Shown here in pieces: positions 38,600-48,287 of a stretch of 64,000 nt of DNA. Origin of the DNA: Candidatus Thorarchaeota archaeon (GTDB lineage: Archaea > Asgardarchaeota > Thorarchaeia > Thorarchaeales > Thorarchaeaceae). The first letter of the stretch is position 1; every line of letters begins with the position of its first letter. Location: the NCBI GenBank assembly GCA_003345545.1, contig PRDH01000047.1, positions 4,692-68,691 of the forward strand, written 5' to 3'. Both the position numbers and the translations under genes were made by a program. The notes under the pieces are model-generated. The model ran no database searches and was not told the DNA's origin. It worked only from the letters and a program-made list of their open reading frames with translations.

Positions 38600-39712
38600 A
38601 TGCAACGGATGAAATCAGCTCGAGAGACAGAAACGTTCTATGAGCAAAGATATATCAAAGAGCAGTTTCTCAATTCTACGCAGTCACACAGGAGAGTTGG
38701 CTTAATCATGACAGTTCGTGTAGCAATTAATGGATTTGGAAGGATAGGTCGCGGTTTTCTTCGCGCGGTCCTAACGAAGAAAGGGTTCGATATTGTGGCA
38801 ACAAATGATCTCACTACTGAATCAACCCTTGCTCACTTGATGAAATATGATACAGTGATGGGGCGTTTCGACGGTACCGTTGAGGCAGGTAAGGGTTCAA
38901 TCACAGTCAATGGTGATGAAATCAAGGTACTCTCTGAGAAAGACCCCGCGAAGCTTCCATGGAAGGAACTCGATATTGACATCGTCATTGAGTCGACCGG
39001 GCTCTTCACCAAACGGGAAGATGCTGAGAAGCACATTACGGCGGGTGCAAAGAAGGTTATTGTGAGTGCACCCGGCAAGGGAGAGATGCTTACAATCGTG
39101 CCAGGAGTTAACGAGCATGACTATGATCCTGCAAAACACAACGTTATATCCAATGCATCCTGCACAACCAACTGTTTGGCTCCAATGGTCAAGGTCGTCG
39201 ATGAGGCCTTCGGGATCGTGCAAGGTTTCATGACCACAGTCCACGCAGTGACGAATGACCAGGTCATGTTGGATGGGCCTCATAAAGATCTTAGAAGAGC
39301 AAGAGCTGCCTGCTGGAATATAGTTCCGACTAGCACCGGAGCTGCAAAAGCGATTGGTCTTGTCTATCCTAAGGCTGCAGGAAAGCTCAACGGAATAGCT
39401 CTCCGGGTTCCTGTGATGGATGCATCCATCGTTGATTTGAACGTCGTTGTGGAGAAACCTGTGGACATTGATACTGTCAATGGTGCGTTCAAGAAGGCAT
39501 CGAAGCAGGGCAGTCTTGCTCCGTACTTGGCTTATGTCGACGAACCACTCGTTTCGTCAGACTTCATCAATGACCCTCATTCATGTTCATTCGACTCGTT
39601 GCTCACGATGACTCAGGGCAACATGATTAAGGTTCTCGGATGGTATGATAACGAAGCGGGCTACAGTCACCGACTTGCCGATCTTGCCCACGTGATTGGC
39701 AAGAAGATGTAG
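38600..39712 (+). CDS. gap: Glyceraldehyde-3-phosphate dehydrogenase, class I (bacterial/eukaryotic type)
   Basis: It has INGFGRIGR NAD-binding and the SNASCTTNCLAP active site, and ends ...WYDNEAGYSHRLADL. The true start is almost certainly the ATG at 38708 (MTVRVAINGFGRIGR); the upstream part of the track ORF is not GAPDH-like. Confidence 0.9.
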   Translation: MQRMKSARETETFYEQRYIKEQFLNSTQSHRRVGLIMTVRVAINGFGRIGRGFLRAVLTKKGFDIVATNDLTTESTLAHLMKYDTVMGRFDGTVEAGKGSITVNGDEIKVLSEKDPAKLPWKELDIDIVIESTGLFTKREDAEKHITAGAKKVIVSAPGKGEMLTIVPGVNEHDYDPAKHNVISNASCTTNCLAPMVKVVDEAFGIVQGFMTTVHAVTNDQVMLDGPHKDLRRARAACWNIVPTSTGAAKAIGLVYPKAAGKLNGIALRVPVMDASIVDLNVVVEKPVDIDTVNGAFKKASKQGSLAPYLAYVDEPLVSSDFINDPHSCSFDSLLTMTQGNMIKVLGWYDNEAGYSHRLADLAHVIGKKM

Positions 39713-39718
39713 AACCCA

Positions 39719-40771
39719 GTGAATAGGACCCCTCGAGAGAAGAGGGGTCATCTCTTGCTGTTATCCACAGAGAGTAGCGTGATGATTCGTCCCATGGAAC
39801 CAATCAGCAGTATCGACACCTCAAGCAATCAGCTCTACTTCAGGGGACTGAATGCTGTCAGACTGGCAAAAGAGCAGGATTACGAATCGGTGTTGTTTCT
39901 TCTAGTCCATGGACAACTTCCAACAGCAAGGCAACACGACTCAGAAAGACAACGACTAATCGAGCTGAGAGCCCTCTACAGCTCGAACATGAATTCGATT
40001 GAAAATCTGGTGAGGGCCCTCCAGTCAATACGTGACGAGGATGACCTCCAATCAGAGGACCTACTTCTTGCGTTTGTCGCACTCGCCCCTCTCGCTCTCA
40101 GCAGTCAATTAGCTGGACCGAAAAGCAGGAGAATGAACACCCAGAATGAAAAACTGGGACACGCTGCAAACTTGCTATGGATGATTAGCGGCGAGATGCC
40201 ATCAGAGGAAGATATCAAGGAGTTCGATACGTGCTTGATTCTCCATATGGATGACCCTGACAATCCCTCGCTCACAGCCCTCTTTACCTCACTCATCTCA
40301 GGAGCTTCTGTTACCACCGCACTTGAATCAGCACTCTCAGAGCATGTCAGACCAAGCCATCACGGAGCAGGTCTCGAAACAATGAGAATGATTCTCGCTA
40401 TCGGCAAGAAGGACAACGCCTCGGACTATCTCAGAACGCGATTGAACTCGGGTCAGAAGATATCCGGCCTTGGTCATAGAATATACCGAGGAGTTGATCC
40501 TCGTGCTGTTGTACTTCGTGAGATCTTAGGTCGAAGAACAAAAGGAACCGAGGAAGAGGAGCTCTTCAGAATAGCAGAAGAAGTGGCAGACCAAGGTAGC
40601 TCTCTTCTTCATGAGTACAAAGGAATCGACGCCTATCCCAATGTTGATCTGTATAATGCATTGACCTACTTCACTTTCGGGTTTCCACCAGAATTGAACA
40701 CAGAGCTGTTCGCAGTATCAAGAGCAGCGGGTTGGATGGCACACATCCTAGAGTGGAAGCAACACCCGTAG
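39719..40771 (+). CDS. Citrate-synthase-family protein, short form (citrate synthase or citryl-CoA lyase-like)
   Basis: Catalytic-triad contexts are present: SHHGAG (His), GLGHRIYRGVDPRA (His), PNVDLYNA (Asp). It lacks the long N-terminal region of classical citrate synthases. The start is GTG 39719 or ATG 39782. Confidence 0.7.
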   Translation: MNRTPREKRGHLLLLSTESSVMIRPMEPISSIDTSSNQLYFRGLNAVRLAKEQDYESVLFLLVHGQLPTARQHDSERQRLIELRALYSSNMNSIENLVRALQSIRDEDDLQSEDLLLAFVALAPLALSSQLAGPKSRRMNTQNEKLGHAANLLWMISGEMPSEEDIKEFDTCLILHMDDPDNPSLTALFTSLISGASVTTALESALSEHVRPSHHGAGLETMRMILAIGKKDNASDYLRTRLNSGQKISGLGHRIYRGVDPRAVVLREILGRRTKGTEEEELFRIAEEVADQGSSLLHEYKGIDAYPNVDLYNALTYFTFGFPPELNTELFAVSRAAGWMAHILEWKQHP

Positions 40772-40929
40772 TCAAGGACAACAACACTTTTCATCCACGG
40801 CATTGAGAATACGTGAATGAAGGTTATCTTGTGAGAGCTACTATCAATGCCACAATTCAGTATTCAGAGAATGAACACATCAAGGTTGGAATTGGCTCAT
40901 CTGACGAATTGAGTAGGAAGTGACGATGG

Positions 40930-41289
40930 TTGAGAAAGGGGTCTTTGGCAGTTGGAATTGTGATGTTAGCAATAGGAGGCTATTCATTCACTATGTCTAT
41001 GCTCATGATCACTAATATGACACTCCCCTTCGATTGGATCATATGGGCTGTTTTCCTCGCAATTGGTATTATCCTTGTTTCTCTTGGTCCAAGCATTATA
41101 GCTTGGTCCTTCGTCAGCAAGCATCAGGCAGCTAACGAACTGGCGCAATGGCAGGTTGTCCAGCTTCCAAGAATATGCCCCGAATGCAACCATAGCCTTG
41201 AGATTCATAGCTTGGAATGGATAGGGCCTGAGGAAGCCCGATGCCCATTTTGTTCGAGTCAAGTCCAAATCCGCAAGAGTGTTGTTTAG
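40930..41289 (+). CDS. Small membrane protein with a C-terminal zinc ribbon
   Basis: 119 aa. It has 2-3 hydrophobic segments, then CPECN-x21-CPFC. Confidence 0.45.
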   Translation: MRKGSLAVGIVMLAIGGYSFTMSMLMITNMTLPFDWIIWAVFLAIGIILVSLGPSIIAWSFVSKHQAANELAQWQVVQLPRICPECNHSLEIHSLEWIGPEEARCPFCSSQVQIRKSVV

Positions 41290-41294
41290 GTTCA

Positions 41295-42212
41295 TCAAAA
41301 CTGCCAATCCTTGATTGCGTCAACCACCGACTGGCGTTCTGAATCACTCAACCTGTGAATCGGAGGACGACAGAGTCCGCCAACAAGTCCAACGTGGTCC
41401 ATTGCAGCCTTCACGACTGGCACATTGTTTGCAGTTCCATGTCCTTCGCGCAAGAACTCGAGATCGCTTATCTTCTCTTGTATGGCCATTGCAGTTTGGT
41501 AGTCACCCTTGCTCAGGGCTACATACATTTGCTTCGTTATCCTAGGTGCGAAATTCCCCAGTCCACTTGTGAATGCTCTCGCACCTGCCAACCAGAAAAA
41601 TGGGGCAAAACGTTCAGCCGTGCCGCATGACCAGACTACCTTGTGTCCCAGTTTTTGAACTGACTGAGAGAAGTCCACAATGCGGCCGAATGCATATTTC
41701 ACACCAACAAGATTCTCGTATTCAAACAGCTTTGCCAATACAGCATCCGAGAGTAGTGGTCCCTTCTTGTAGAGGACGACGTTCATCTTCCCGGAGGCAT
41801 CAAGAAGGGCTCTATAGTAGGCAAGCACTCCTTCTTCTGACGCAAACACGTGCTGAGGATACATAACCATGACAGCGGAAATCCCGAGGTCTCTTGCCTT
41901 CTCTATCTGGGAGATAGCAGTCTTGGTTGAATGACCAATACCCGACATCACAGCTATCTTGTCTCCTGAGGCCTCAACTGCGGCCCTCAAGACCTCAAAC
42001 CACTCAGTCTCTGAGAGTGAATAGAACTCTCCTGTGTTGCCATTGGGAATTATCATTGGCACCCCTTGTTTAACCAAGAACTCGATGTTACTAGAGATTC
42101 CATCCGCATCGACCTGTGATAGGTCTTTACTGAATGGAGTAACGGTAGTCACTGAGAACCCACTGAGAATCTTCTTGAATTTCTGAGAGTCCATGCTGTC
42201 ACCTCGTTCCAT
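41295..42212 (-). CDS. DapA/NAL-family class I aldolase (dihydrodipicolinate synthase-like)
   Basis: 305 aa. It has GNTGEFYSLS near the N-terminus, the Schiff-base lysine context LVGVKYA, and a TIM-barrel-length protein. Confidence 0.8.
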   Translation of the reverse strand: MERGDSMDSQKFKKILSGFSVTTVTPFSKDLSQVDADGISSNIEFLVKQGVPMIIPNGNTGEFYSLSETEWFEVLRAAVEASGDKIAVMSGIGHSTKTAISQIEKARDLGISAVMVMYPQHVFASEEGVLAYYRALLDASGKMNVVLYKKGPLLSDAVLAKLFEYENLVGVKYAFGRIVDFSQSVQKLGHKVVWSCGTAERFAPFFWLAGARAFTSGLGNFAPRITKQMYVALSKGDYQTAMAIQEKISDLEFLREGHGTANNVPVVKAAMDHVGLVGGLCRPPIHRLSDSERQSVVDAIKDWQF

Positions 42213-42259
42213 GCATAACTACAAGTCTGACACATATATGCGACGTTTGAGGCCAGGTC

Positions 42260-43105
42260 CTAGGGAAATCTCATAACGAGTTGTTCCTTCTTCTCATCTG
42301 AAGCGTCAAAATCAACCACGAATTCTTTGAAGACACCGCTGCACGGATTGCCAGGAGTGACACTGATTCTGAATTCCATATCCCTCGATCCAAGTCCGGA
42401 AACCTCAGCAATATAGCTATACACTGTTTCTCCTAGATAGGGATTCGATACTTTGCCTGTTTTTCGATGTCTGCATATAGAATCGAATCCTCTGCCAGAA
42501 GCGTGAGTCCCCATGAGCTTGACAATGTCCATCGTTGAAGCTGCATCTCTCAGAAGTTGGGCTGCCTGCTGCCTGCGACTCTGACTGGTGGCAAGAGGAC
42601 CTCCTGCTTCACGTTCCGCAGCTGAAGCCTTCTTGAGTATCTCAGCAGTCGGCAGCACTAGATGATGATTAGTTCTTATAATCATTGAACTGTCCCGCTC
42701 AAGGACACACACTCCATCACCAATCTCAATCGCTCCGGCGCCCTGCGGTGATGCAAGAACGAAATTGCACCATTGATACCTTGAGCCGCTGCTCAAGTCA
42801 TCTCTAACAAGGTCATATGCCTCTTCGATTGTCTTGCATTCACGAAGCACACATTCAAGGAGTGTGTCATAAGGGGGGTCATCAGTGACAAGGACAGTAG
42901 TGTTGCATGCAGAGAGACCCCATCTGTTCATACCGAAGGATGCGCCACATGGTTTTGCATCACTCACATCAACACCACGGACGAGAAGAACGTCTTTCTC
43001 AAATACGATACTGTCAGTGAAGTCAGTCCAAATCAGGTCGCGATTCTTAGCTAGCATATATCTATTGCCAACCAGCTTTGCTAATGCAGTACATCCTTCT
43101 GACAT
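42260..43105 (-). CDS. Ntn hydrolase (peptidase C45 / choloylglycine-hydrolase-like)
   Basis: 281 aa. It has an N-terminal MSEGC-T nucleophile context followed by ...LAKNRD, as in Cys-Ntn linear-amide hydrolases. Confidence 0.55.
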   Translation of the reverse strand: MSEGCTALAKLVGNRYMLAKNRDLIWTDFTDSIVFEKDVLLVRGVDVSDAKPCGASFGMNRWGLSACNTTVLVTDDPPYDTLLECVLRECKTIEEAYDLVRDDLSSGSRYQWCNFVLASPQGAGAIEIGDGVCVLERDSSMIIRTNHHLVLPTAEILKKASAAEREAGGPLATSQSRRQQAAQLLRDAASTMDIVKLMGTHASGRGFDSICRHRKTGKVSNPYLGETVYSYIAEVSGLGSRDMEFRISVTPGNPCSGVFKEFVVDFDASDEKKEQLVMRFP

Positions 43106-43147
43106 GGCTCAATGCATTCATTCTGTTCATTTCAACATTGCTCAGCT

Positions 43148-44410
43148 CTACTCTAATTCAGCAGTGCCAGTCGAGGTCTCGGATCCCATAGCAGGAGTGT
43201 TCTCGGTTTGACTTCTTGGTCTTTGCATCCCGAGAAGTGACACAGCCAGAAGCAAAGCGATGACATTGAATAACATATTAATGAATGAAAGAGGTTGCAC
43301 AGTAAGGAACACGTACTCAGCGAATATACCTCCAATGAGAGGGCCAATCCACCCGCCTGCATTCTGCGCGCCATAGATTAGAGACATCGCACGACCGCGT
43401 TCATCCTCTCCCGAGATATGAGCAGCTAGAGTAGTGGTCGCGGTTGCAGAGAGTGGATAGATGGGTAATGCCCACAGCAATACTGCAATGACGGGGTCTG
43501 TCACAATCCCAAATAGAAAAGCAAATGCGACGTAGGAGGCATATGCGAGGATCAGAACTTTGATAGGTCCGCTCTTGTCGACGATCTTCCCAACCTGTCC
43601 AGTAATGGCAACTGCAATCAGAGTTGCACCTGCATTTGCATAACCAACGAATGCAGTGCTGCCGCCCAGCTCATCAACAATCATGATTGCTAGGAATGCA
43701 GAAACCGTATTCATTCCAATCTGACTGAAAGCCACTGCCGCCGTAAGTCTGCTCATTCCTCCTTTTCTCAGAAGACCTCGAAAACCTCTTCTGACAGATT
43801 TGTCGACGTCATTGAAGGCAATATCATGAATCAATGCAGCGGAACTTACTATTGCTCCCAAAGACAGAACAGCTGCCACAATGAAGAGTACTCTCATCCC
43901 AATAATATCATAGAGTACTCCGCTAATGAATGAGCCAGAGAAATAGCCTGCAGACTGTGCCGCTACGAAATATCCAAGGCGCTCACCCTTATTGGGGGCA
44001 TTAGTTGTCAAATGGGCTTGCCCCATTGGCAAGGCAGCTGAAGAAAACATGGCTCCTAACCCGGCAACAGCCATGTATTGTATAATGTCGACAACTAATG
44101 CGTAGAAGAGGAAAGTAATGGCGTATCCAGCAAAGCCAATCATCATGAACATCTTTCTTTTCTTCCAACGGTCAGACAAGGACCCCCAGACATTCGTCAT
44201 GATCATTATCACAATGGCTGGAAGCGCGAGTGCTACTGATTGTTCGAGAAATGAAGAGGTAGCGAGGTCATGCTTGATGAAGTAAGTCACGTATTGCCAG
44301 CTTATCGCTTGTGCTGTTGCTTGTAGCGCGTATGCAATATAGACTGATGCGATAGACCGGTTCAGAAATGCCATACAGCGGAGGCCTCGATTGTTGAGGC
44401 CATGCACCAA
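43148..44410 (-). CDS. MFS transporter (12-TM)
   Basis: 420 aa and hydrophobic throughout. Motif A-like sequence is GSLSDRWKKRKMF. Confidence 0.8.
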   Translation of the reverse strand: MVHGLNNRGLRCMAFLNRSIASVYIAYALQATAQAISWQYVTYFIKHDLATSSFLEQSVALALPAIVIMIMTNVWGSLSDRWKKRKMFMMIGFAGYAITFLFYALVVDIIQYMAVAGLGAMFSSAALPMGQAHLTTNAPNKGERLGYFVAAQSAGYFSGSFISGVLYDIIGMRVLFIVAAVLSLGAIVSSAALIHDIAFNDVDKSVRRGFRGLLRKGGMSRLTAAVAFSQIGMNTVSAFLAIMIVDELGGSTAFVGYANAGATLIAVAITGQVGKIVDKSGPIKVLILAYASYVAFAFLFGIVTDPVIAVLLWALPIYPLSATATTTLAAHISGEDERGRAMSLIYGAQNAGGWIGPLIGGIFAEYVFLTVQPLSFINMLFNVIALLLAVSLLGMQRPRSQTENTPAMGSETSTGTAELE

Positions 44411-44531
44411 ACTGACTCCTTATGGATGTGACGGAGGAGGAAACACAACAAGCCACAACAGTGGTTTGAGAGGCAGATGCGCAAGTAGGATGGTATATCT
44501 ATCCAGACCCTCTCGTCGTCAGTGAACTCGG

Positions 44532-45971
44532 ATGACGTTATCAGGAGAATCGCCAGCTCATGAACAGACAGGTGGCGAACTCGGACAGGTCAGTGAGAAG
44601 AAGAGGCCTTACTACTTCCAGCTAGATGTTTTGAAGGCCATTGCTATCGTCCTTGTAGTCATGGACCATAGCTTGACTTGGGAGGTCAAGGGATCAATTG
44701 GCAGCCTCTTCTGGGAGAGACTTTCCATTCCGTTCTTCCTGATGGTCATGGGCTTCAATATGGCAATCTCATTCAAATACAGTGGAAGTACAAATCTTGG
44801 AGAATTGTACAACTGGGCATACTTCAGACGCAAAATCGTGCGATATGTTCTCCCGTTCGCTATTCTCTACATGGGCTCTATACTCTTGGGGCTCTATATC
44901 GGATATCTAAGCTTCAATGAGTACACCCTACTGGGCTCTCTTCCCTTCTGGGGACCTGGTGACTGGTTCATCCCACTTCTCTTTGGCTCCATTGTTGTGT
45001 TTCCACTTGTTTACTGGGCATTCAAAAAGCAGCCAATCCTTACAATGTTGCTGTGCTTCATGAGCGAAATCGTCCTTCAACTAGTCATGTACATCTGGTT
45101 CCCTCTTCCATTTGAGACTGCATTGGAAGGATTCATAGTATCAGCCATACGAATGAACATCCTATTCTTCATGCCAGCTGTAGCTCTTGGCCTTTGGTTC
45201 TCCGAAGACTACAACCTATTCAAGAAACACAACTGGTTCCTTGCAATATATGCACCGGTCTGTTTCATCCTCATGATAGACTATACTACACACCTCGTAA
45301 GATCTATCGGAGGCGATGTCGGTTACGCCTTTACGTTAATTGACAATATCTTCAGAGGAGACTATACGCTCCTCTTCTATGGATGGGCCGCTGTTTTCAT
45401 GCTAGTAGCTCTGTCAGTAATCCCCCAGACTGCAGAGGGGAGAATCCAGGTGTTCATTCAAAAGATAGGGAGAGCCTCGTATCACATTCTCTTGTTCCAG
45501 ATTCTCTGGATGTCAATAGTCTACTGGTCGGTCTCGCACGAAGCGGTCTACTACCACATAATTCCGGATTTCGCAACCATACTGGACTGGTCAACACCTC
45601 TCCTCTACGTACCATTCTATCTCATGAATCTCACAGTTTCGCTTGCAGGCGGACTCGCGTGGTATGAAGCAGAGAAACGAGCCAGTACAAAAGGAAGGCC
45701 TTGGTGGCAGCATGCTTGGTTCAGGAGGATATACTACCTGTTTGGTGCAGTCATGTCGCTGGTATTGATGGGAGCAGCTATTGAATTCATCAGCGACATC
45801 ACCGGGCTGACTGAATGGAGCCGGACACATGGAGGAAACTTCATTCTGAATGAGATCACGGGACCCGGGATGATGGCCAGCTTGCTGGCTATTCTATTCT
45901 TCATTGGTTTTTGTATGGTGTTGATGTACAGAGCGTTCACCCTGCATGATGATAGCGAGGTTCCAGTCTAG
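44532..45971 (+). CDS. Acyltransferase-3 family integral membrane protein
   Basis: 479 aa. It has the N-terminal family signature FQLDVLKAIAIVLVVMDHS and more than 10 TM segments. Confidence 0.7.
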   Translation: MTLSGESPAHEQTGGELGQVSEKKRPYYFQLDVLKAIAIVLVVMDHSLTWEVKGSIGSLFWERLSIPFFLMVMGFNMAISFKYSGSTNLGELYNWAYFRRKIVRYVLPFAILYMGSILLGLYIGYLSFNEYTLLGSLPFWGPGDWFIPLLFGSIVVFPLVYWAFKKQPILTMLLCFMSEIVLQLVMYIWFPLPFETALEGFIVSAIRMNILFFMPAVALGLWFSEDYNLFKKHNWFLAIYAPVCFILMIDYTTHLVRSIGGDVGYAFTLIDNIFRGDYTLLFYGWAAVFMLVALSVIPQTAEGRIQVFIQKIGRASYHILLFQILWMSIVYWSVSHEAVYYHIIPDFATILDWSTPLLYVPFYLMNLTVSLAGGLAWYEAEKRASTKGRPWWQHAWFRRIYYLFGAVMSLVLMGAAIEFISDITGLTEWSRTHGGNFILNEITGPGMMASLLAILFFIGFCMVLMYRAFTLHDDSEVPV

Positions 45972-46028
45972 GCAGATTCACACTGCGCTAGCCGTAGGGT
46001 ATTTGAGTCCTGCCTTCATCGGGAATTC

Positions 46029-47156
46029 ATGGCTGCCGAAGATAATGAGGTTGTTCTTCGAGTCGAGCGACTCAAGGCCTTCTACACGTCCAGTAGGGGT
46101 CTTGTCAGAGCAGTGAACAATATCACATTTGAGATCCGCAGGGGAGAATCGGTCGGCCTCTTTGGCGAATCAGGCGCTGGCAAGACAACTGTTGCACTTG
46201 CGATTCTTGGTCTCTTCGAGAGCCTCTCTAGACGTTATGCATCGATTGCGGCCAATGAGGACAGCAAACGGCTCTGGGAGCTGAGGGACAATGCAAGGAA
46301 AAGAGGGCTCACTTCGGATCAGATTGGGCAAGAACTACCTGGCATTGAAGGGCACATCTGGTTTGGAGGAAGAGACCTTCTTACACTCAATGAGAAAGAC
46401 TATCGCCAAATCAGAGGAAATGAGATAACGTACGTCCCACAGGGCTCAACGAAATCGCTCAATCCCTACTCGAATATTGCAGAACAGACTGCAGAAAGCC
46501 TCTGGGCTCACGATATAGATAACACATTGAATGAACGTGTCGTGATGAAGAGAGTTCTTCAAGCCCTTGACCTTATCGAACTGGGGGATGTAGACCTTCG
46601 AAAGACGATGAAACCATCCCAGTTCAGCGTCGGAGAGGACCAGCGGGTTCTGATTGCCATGGCGCTCATTCCCGATCCTGTCCTCATGATAGCCGATGAA
46701 CCGACAACGGCTGTTGATATGGCGATACAGCAGCGTATCCTTGAGGCTATTCAGATTGTCAGGAGAGAAATGCATCTCTCGATGCTCATAATCAGCAACA
46801 ATCAGGGAACAATCTCTCAAACCTGTGATAAGGTAGGAGTCATGACAGCTGGTCACATCATGGAATTCGGACCTGCAGCCACAGTCATGAATTCCCCGGG
46901 GCATCCATTCACTCGAGCATTCATCATGAGCAATCCGACAATGCAAGTCATTCGCAAAATCAAAGAGAAGAAACTGAGAATCCGTGGGATCCCAGGTAAG
47001 CCGCCGGACCTAGCAGAGACAATCGCTGGGTGTCCATTCAAAGAGAGGTGCGAGTACGCTCAGGATATCTGCAGAGAACTGAAGCCGGAATACAGAGAGG
47101 TTGAAGCAGGTCACTGGATAATGTGCCATCGATATGAGGAACTTCCAGCGTGGTAG
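46029..47156 (+). CDS. Orphan OppD-like ABC ATPase with degenerate signature and H-loop
   Basis: 375 aa. Walker A is GESGAGKTT and Walker B is MIADEPTTAVD. The signature is FSVGEDQR and the H-loop position reads ISNNQGT (no His). The C-terminal tail is CPFKERC...C...CH. No permease gene is adjacent. Confidence 0.8.
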   Translation: MAAEDNEVVLRVERLKAFYTSSRGLVRAVNNITFEIRRGESVGLFGESGAGKTTVALAILGLFESLSRRYASIAANEDSKRLWELRDNARKRGLTSDQIGQELPGIEGHIWFGGRDLLTLNEKDYRQIRGNEITYVPQGSTKSLNPYSNIAEQTAESLWAHDIDNTLNERVVMKRVLQALDLIELGDVDLRKTMKPSQFSVGEDQRVLIAMALIPDPVLMIADEPTTAVDMAIQQRILEAIQIVRREMHLSMLIISNNQGTISQTCDKVGVMTAGHIMEFGPAATVMNSPGHPFTRAFIMSNPTMQVIRKIKEKKLRIRGIPGKPPDLAETIAGCPFKERCEYAQDICRELKPEYREVEAGHWIMCHRYEELPAW

Positions 47157-47214
47157 CAGCCTGACTCCTCCCTTCATGTGATGATTTATATCTCAAATCA
47201 CGATAGGGAATTCA

Positions 47215-47505
47215 GTGCGTTCATTATTGTGGGGAGCACTAATGGCCGAAATTGATGTGCCAAAATCACCGCCGCCTCCGAGAAGCGGAACAAGAGATGA
47301 CAGTGTGGAAACACTATGCAAGCTGGCAGGAGGCTGTTGTCTGGCTGTATTCGGATGCACATTCGGGCCCCTCTTGCTTGTCTCCTCACTGACCCTAGTA
47401 ACCTATGGCTTCGGGTGGCTCGCAATCATATCCTTATTCGTCATTGTGCTTGGTTGTTACTCTGCCAAGTACACGTGGGATGGAATAAAGAAGAATTCTG
47501 CATAG
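47215..47505 (+). CDS. Possible small 2-TM membrane protein
   Basis: 96-aa ORF, or 87 aa from the ATG at 47242. It has a P-rich N-terminus and two hydrophobic segments. Support is only ORF length and hydrophobicity. Confidence 0.3.
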   Translation: MRSLLWGALMAEIDVPKSPPPPRSGTRDDSVETLCKLAGGCCLAVFGCTFGPLLLVSSLTLVTYGFGWLAIISLFVIVLGCYSAKYTWDGIKKNSA

Positions 47506-47568
47506 CATATTGTGAACAATCACTTAGACGTAAATCACCAGAGTTTGACGAAATCCCAGGAATGTAAT

Positions 47569-48114
47569 TCATTCTGTTATTTGCCCTAGTTTCTCGTCAT
47601 GTAGTTTCTTCACAATCTCAATGACAGAATCGACTGCAGTGCTCCAGGTGTCTTCCTGAGAACTCAGCGGCGGAATTCCTCCGATCATATGCCGAATCTT
47701 GGAAATCTGTGCCGCATGATAGAGGCCATGCTGGTATGTTCTCAGTATACACCACGCAACGCTCGGACCACCCTCTGTGGTAGGCGGGACAATCCGAATC
47801 TGTCTTCCATCACACTGGCTGACCACACGCCTGATTCCGTCGGTGTTCGCCCTCAGCTTTGCCTGGATGTCGTCAAACGTTTCAATACTGAACTTGGGTC
47901 CAATATCGTGCTTCGCCCGATGGAACCAGTAGGTTTCGGCGCCCCCAATATGCCAAATGAGCGAGAGCATGTGGGGGAACTGCTTCTCATCAGAGATCTG
48001 TTTCATCAGAATCTCCTGTGTCAATCCGTCAATAACACGGTATAGATGTGTACGCATATTCAGATGGGCCTGAATCAGCTCTTTCCTCATCAATTCTTCG
48101 GCCATGATTTTCAC
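47569..48114 (-). CDS. DinB-superfamily (four-helix-bundle, metal-binding) protein
   Basis: 181 aa. It has His-containing helices: LIWHIGGAETYWFHR near the N-terminus and LYHAAQISKIR near the C-terminus. Confidence 0.6.
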   Translation of the reverse strand: MKIMAEELMRKELIQAHLNMRTHLYRVIDGLTQEILMKQISDEKQFPHMLSLIWHIGGAETYWFHRAKHDIGPKFSIETFDDIQAKLRANTDGIRRVVSQCDGRQIRIVPPTTEGGPSVAWCILRTYQHGLYHAAQISKIRHMIGGIPPLSSQEDTWSTAVDSVIEIVKKLHDEKLGQITE

Positions 48115-48287
48115 CGTTAAAAAACACGGATATTAATCTTCACTCAGGTGAGAGGAAGCCGGCAGATAGGCCCGCGAGAGTACCGCCATGTGCCTCTCCG
48201 TTGTGTATTTGCCTGCAGGCAGATCCTCAGTAATGCTCCTTTGACACGGTTTATTAGCGCCATATTCAATGCCCGCCTTGATGCACA

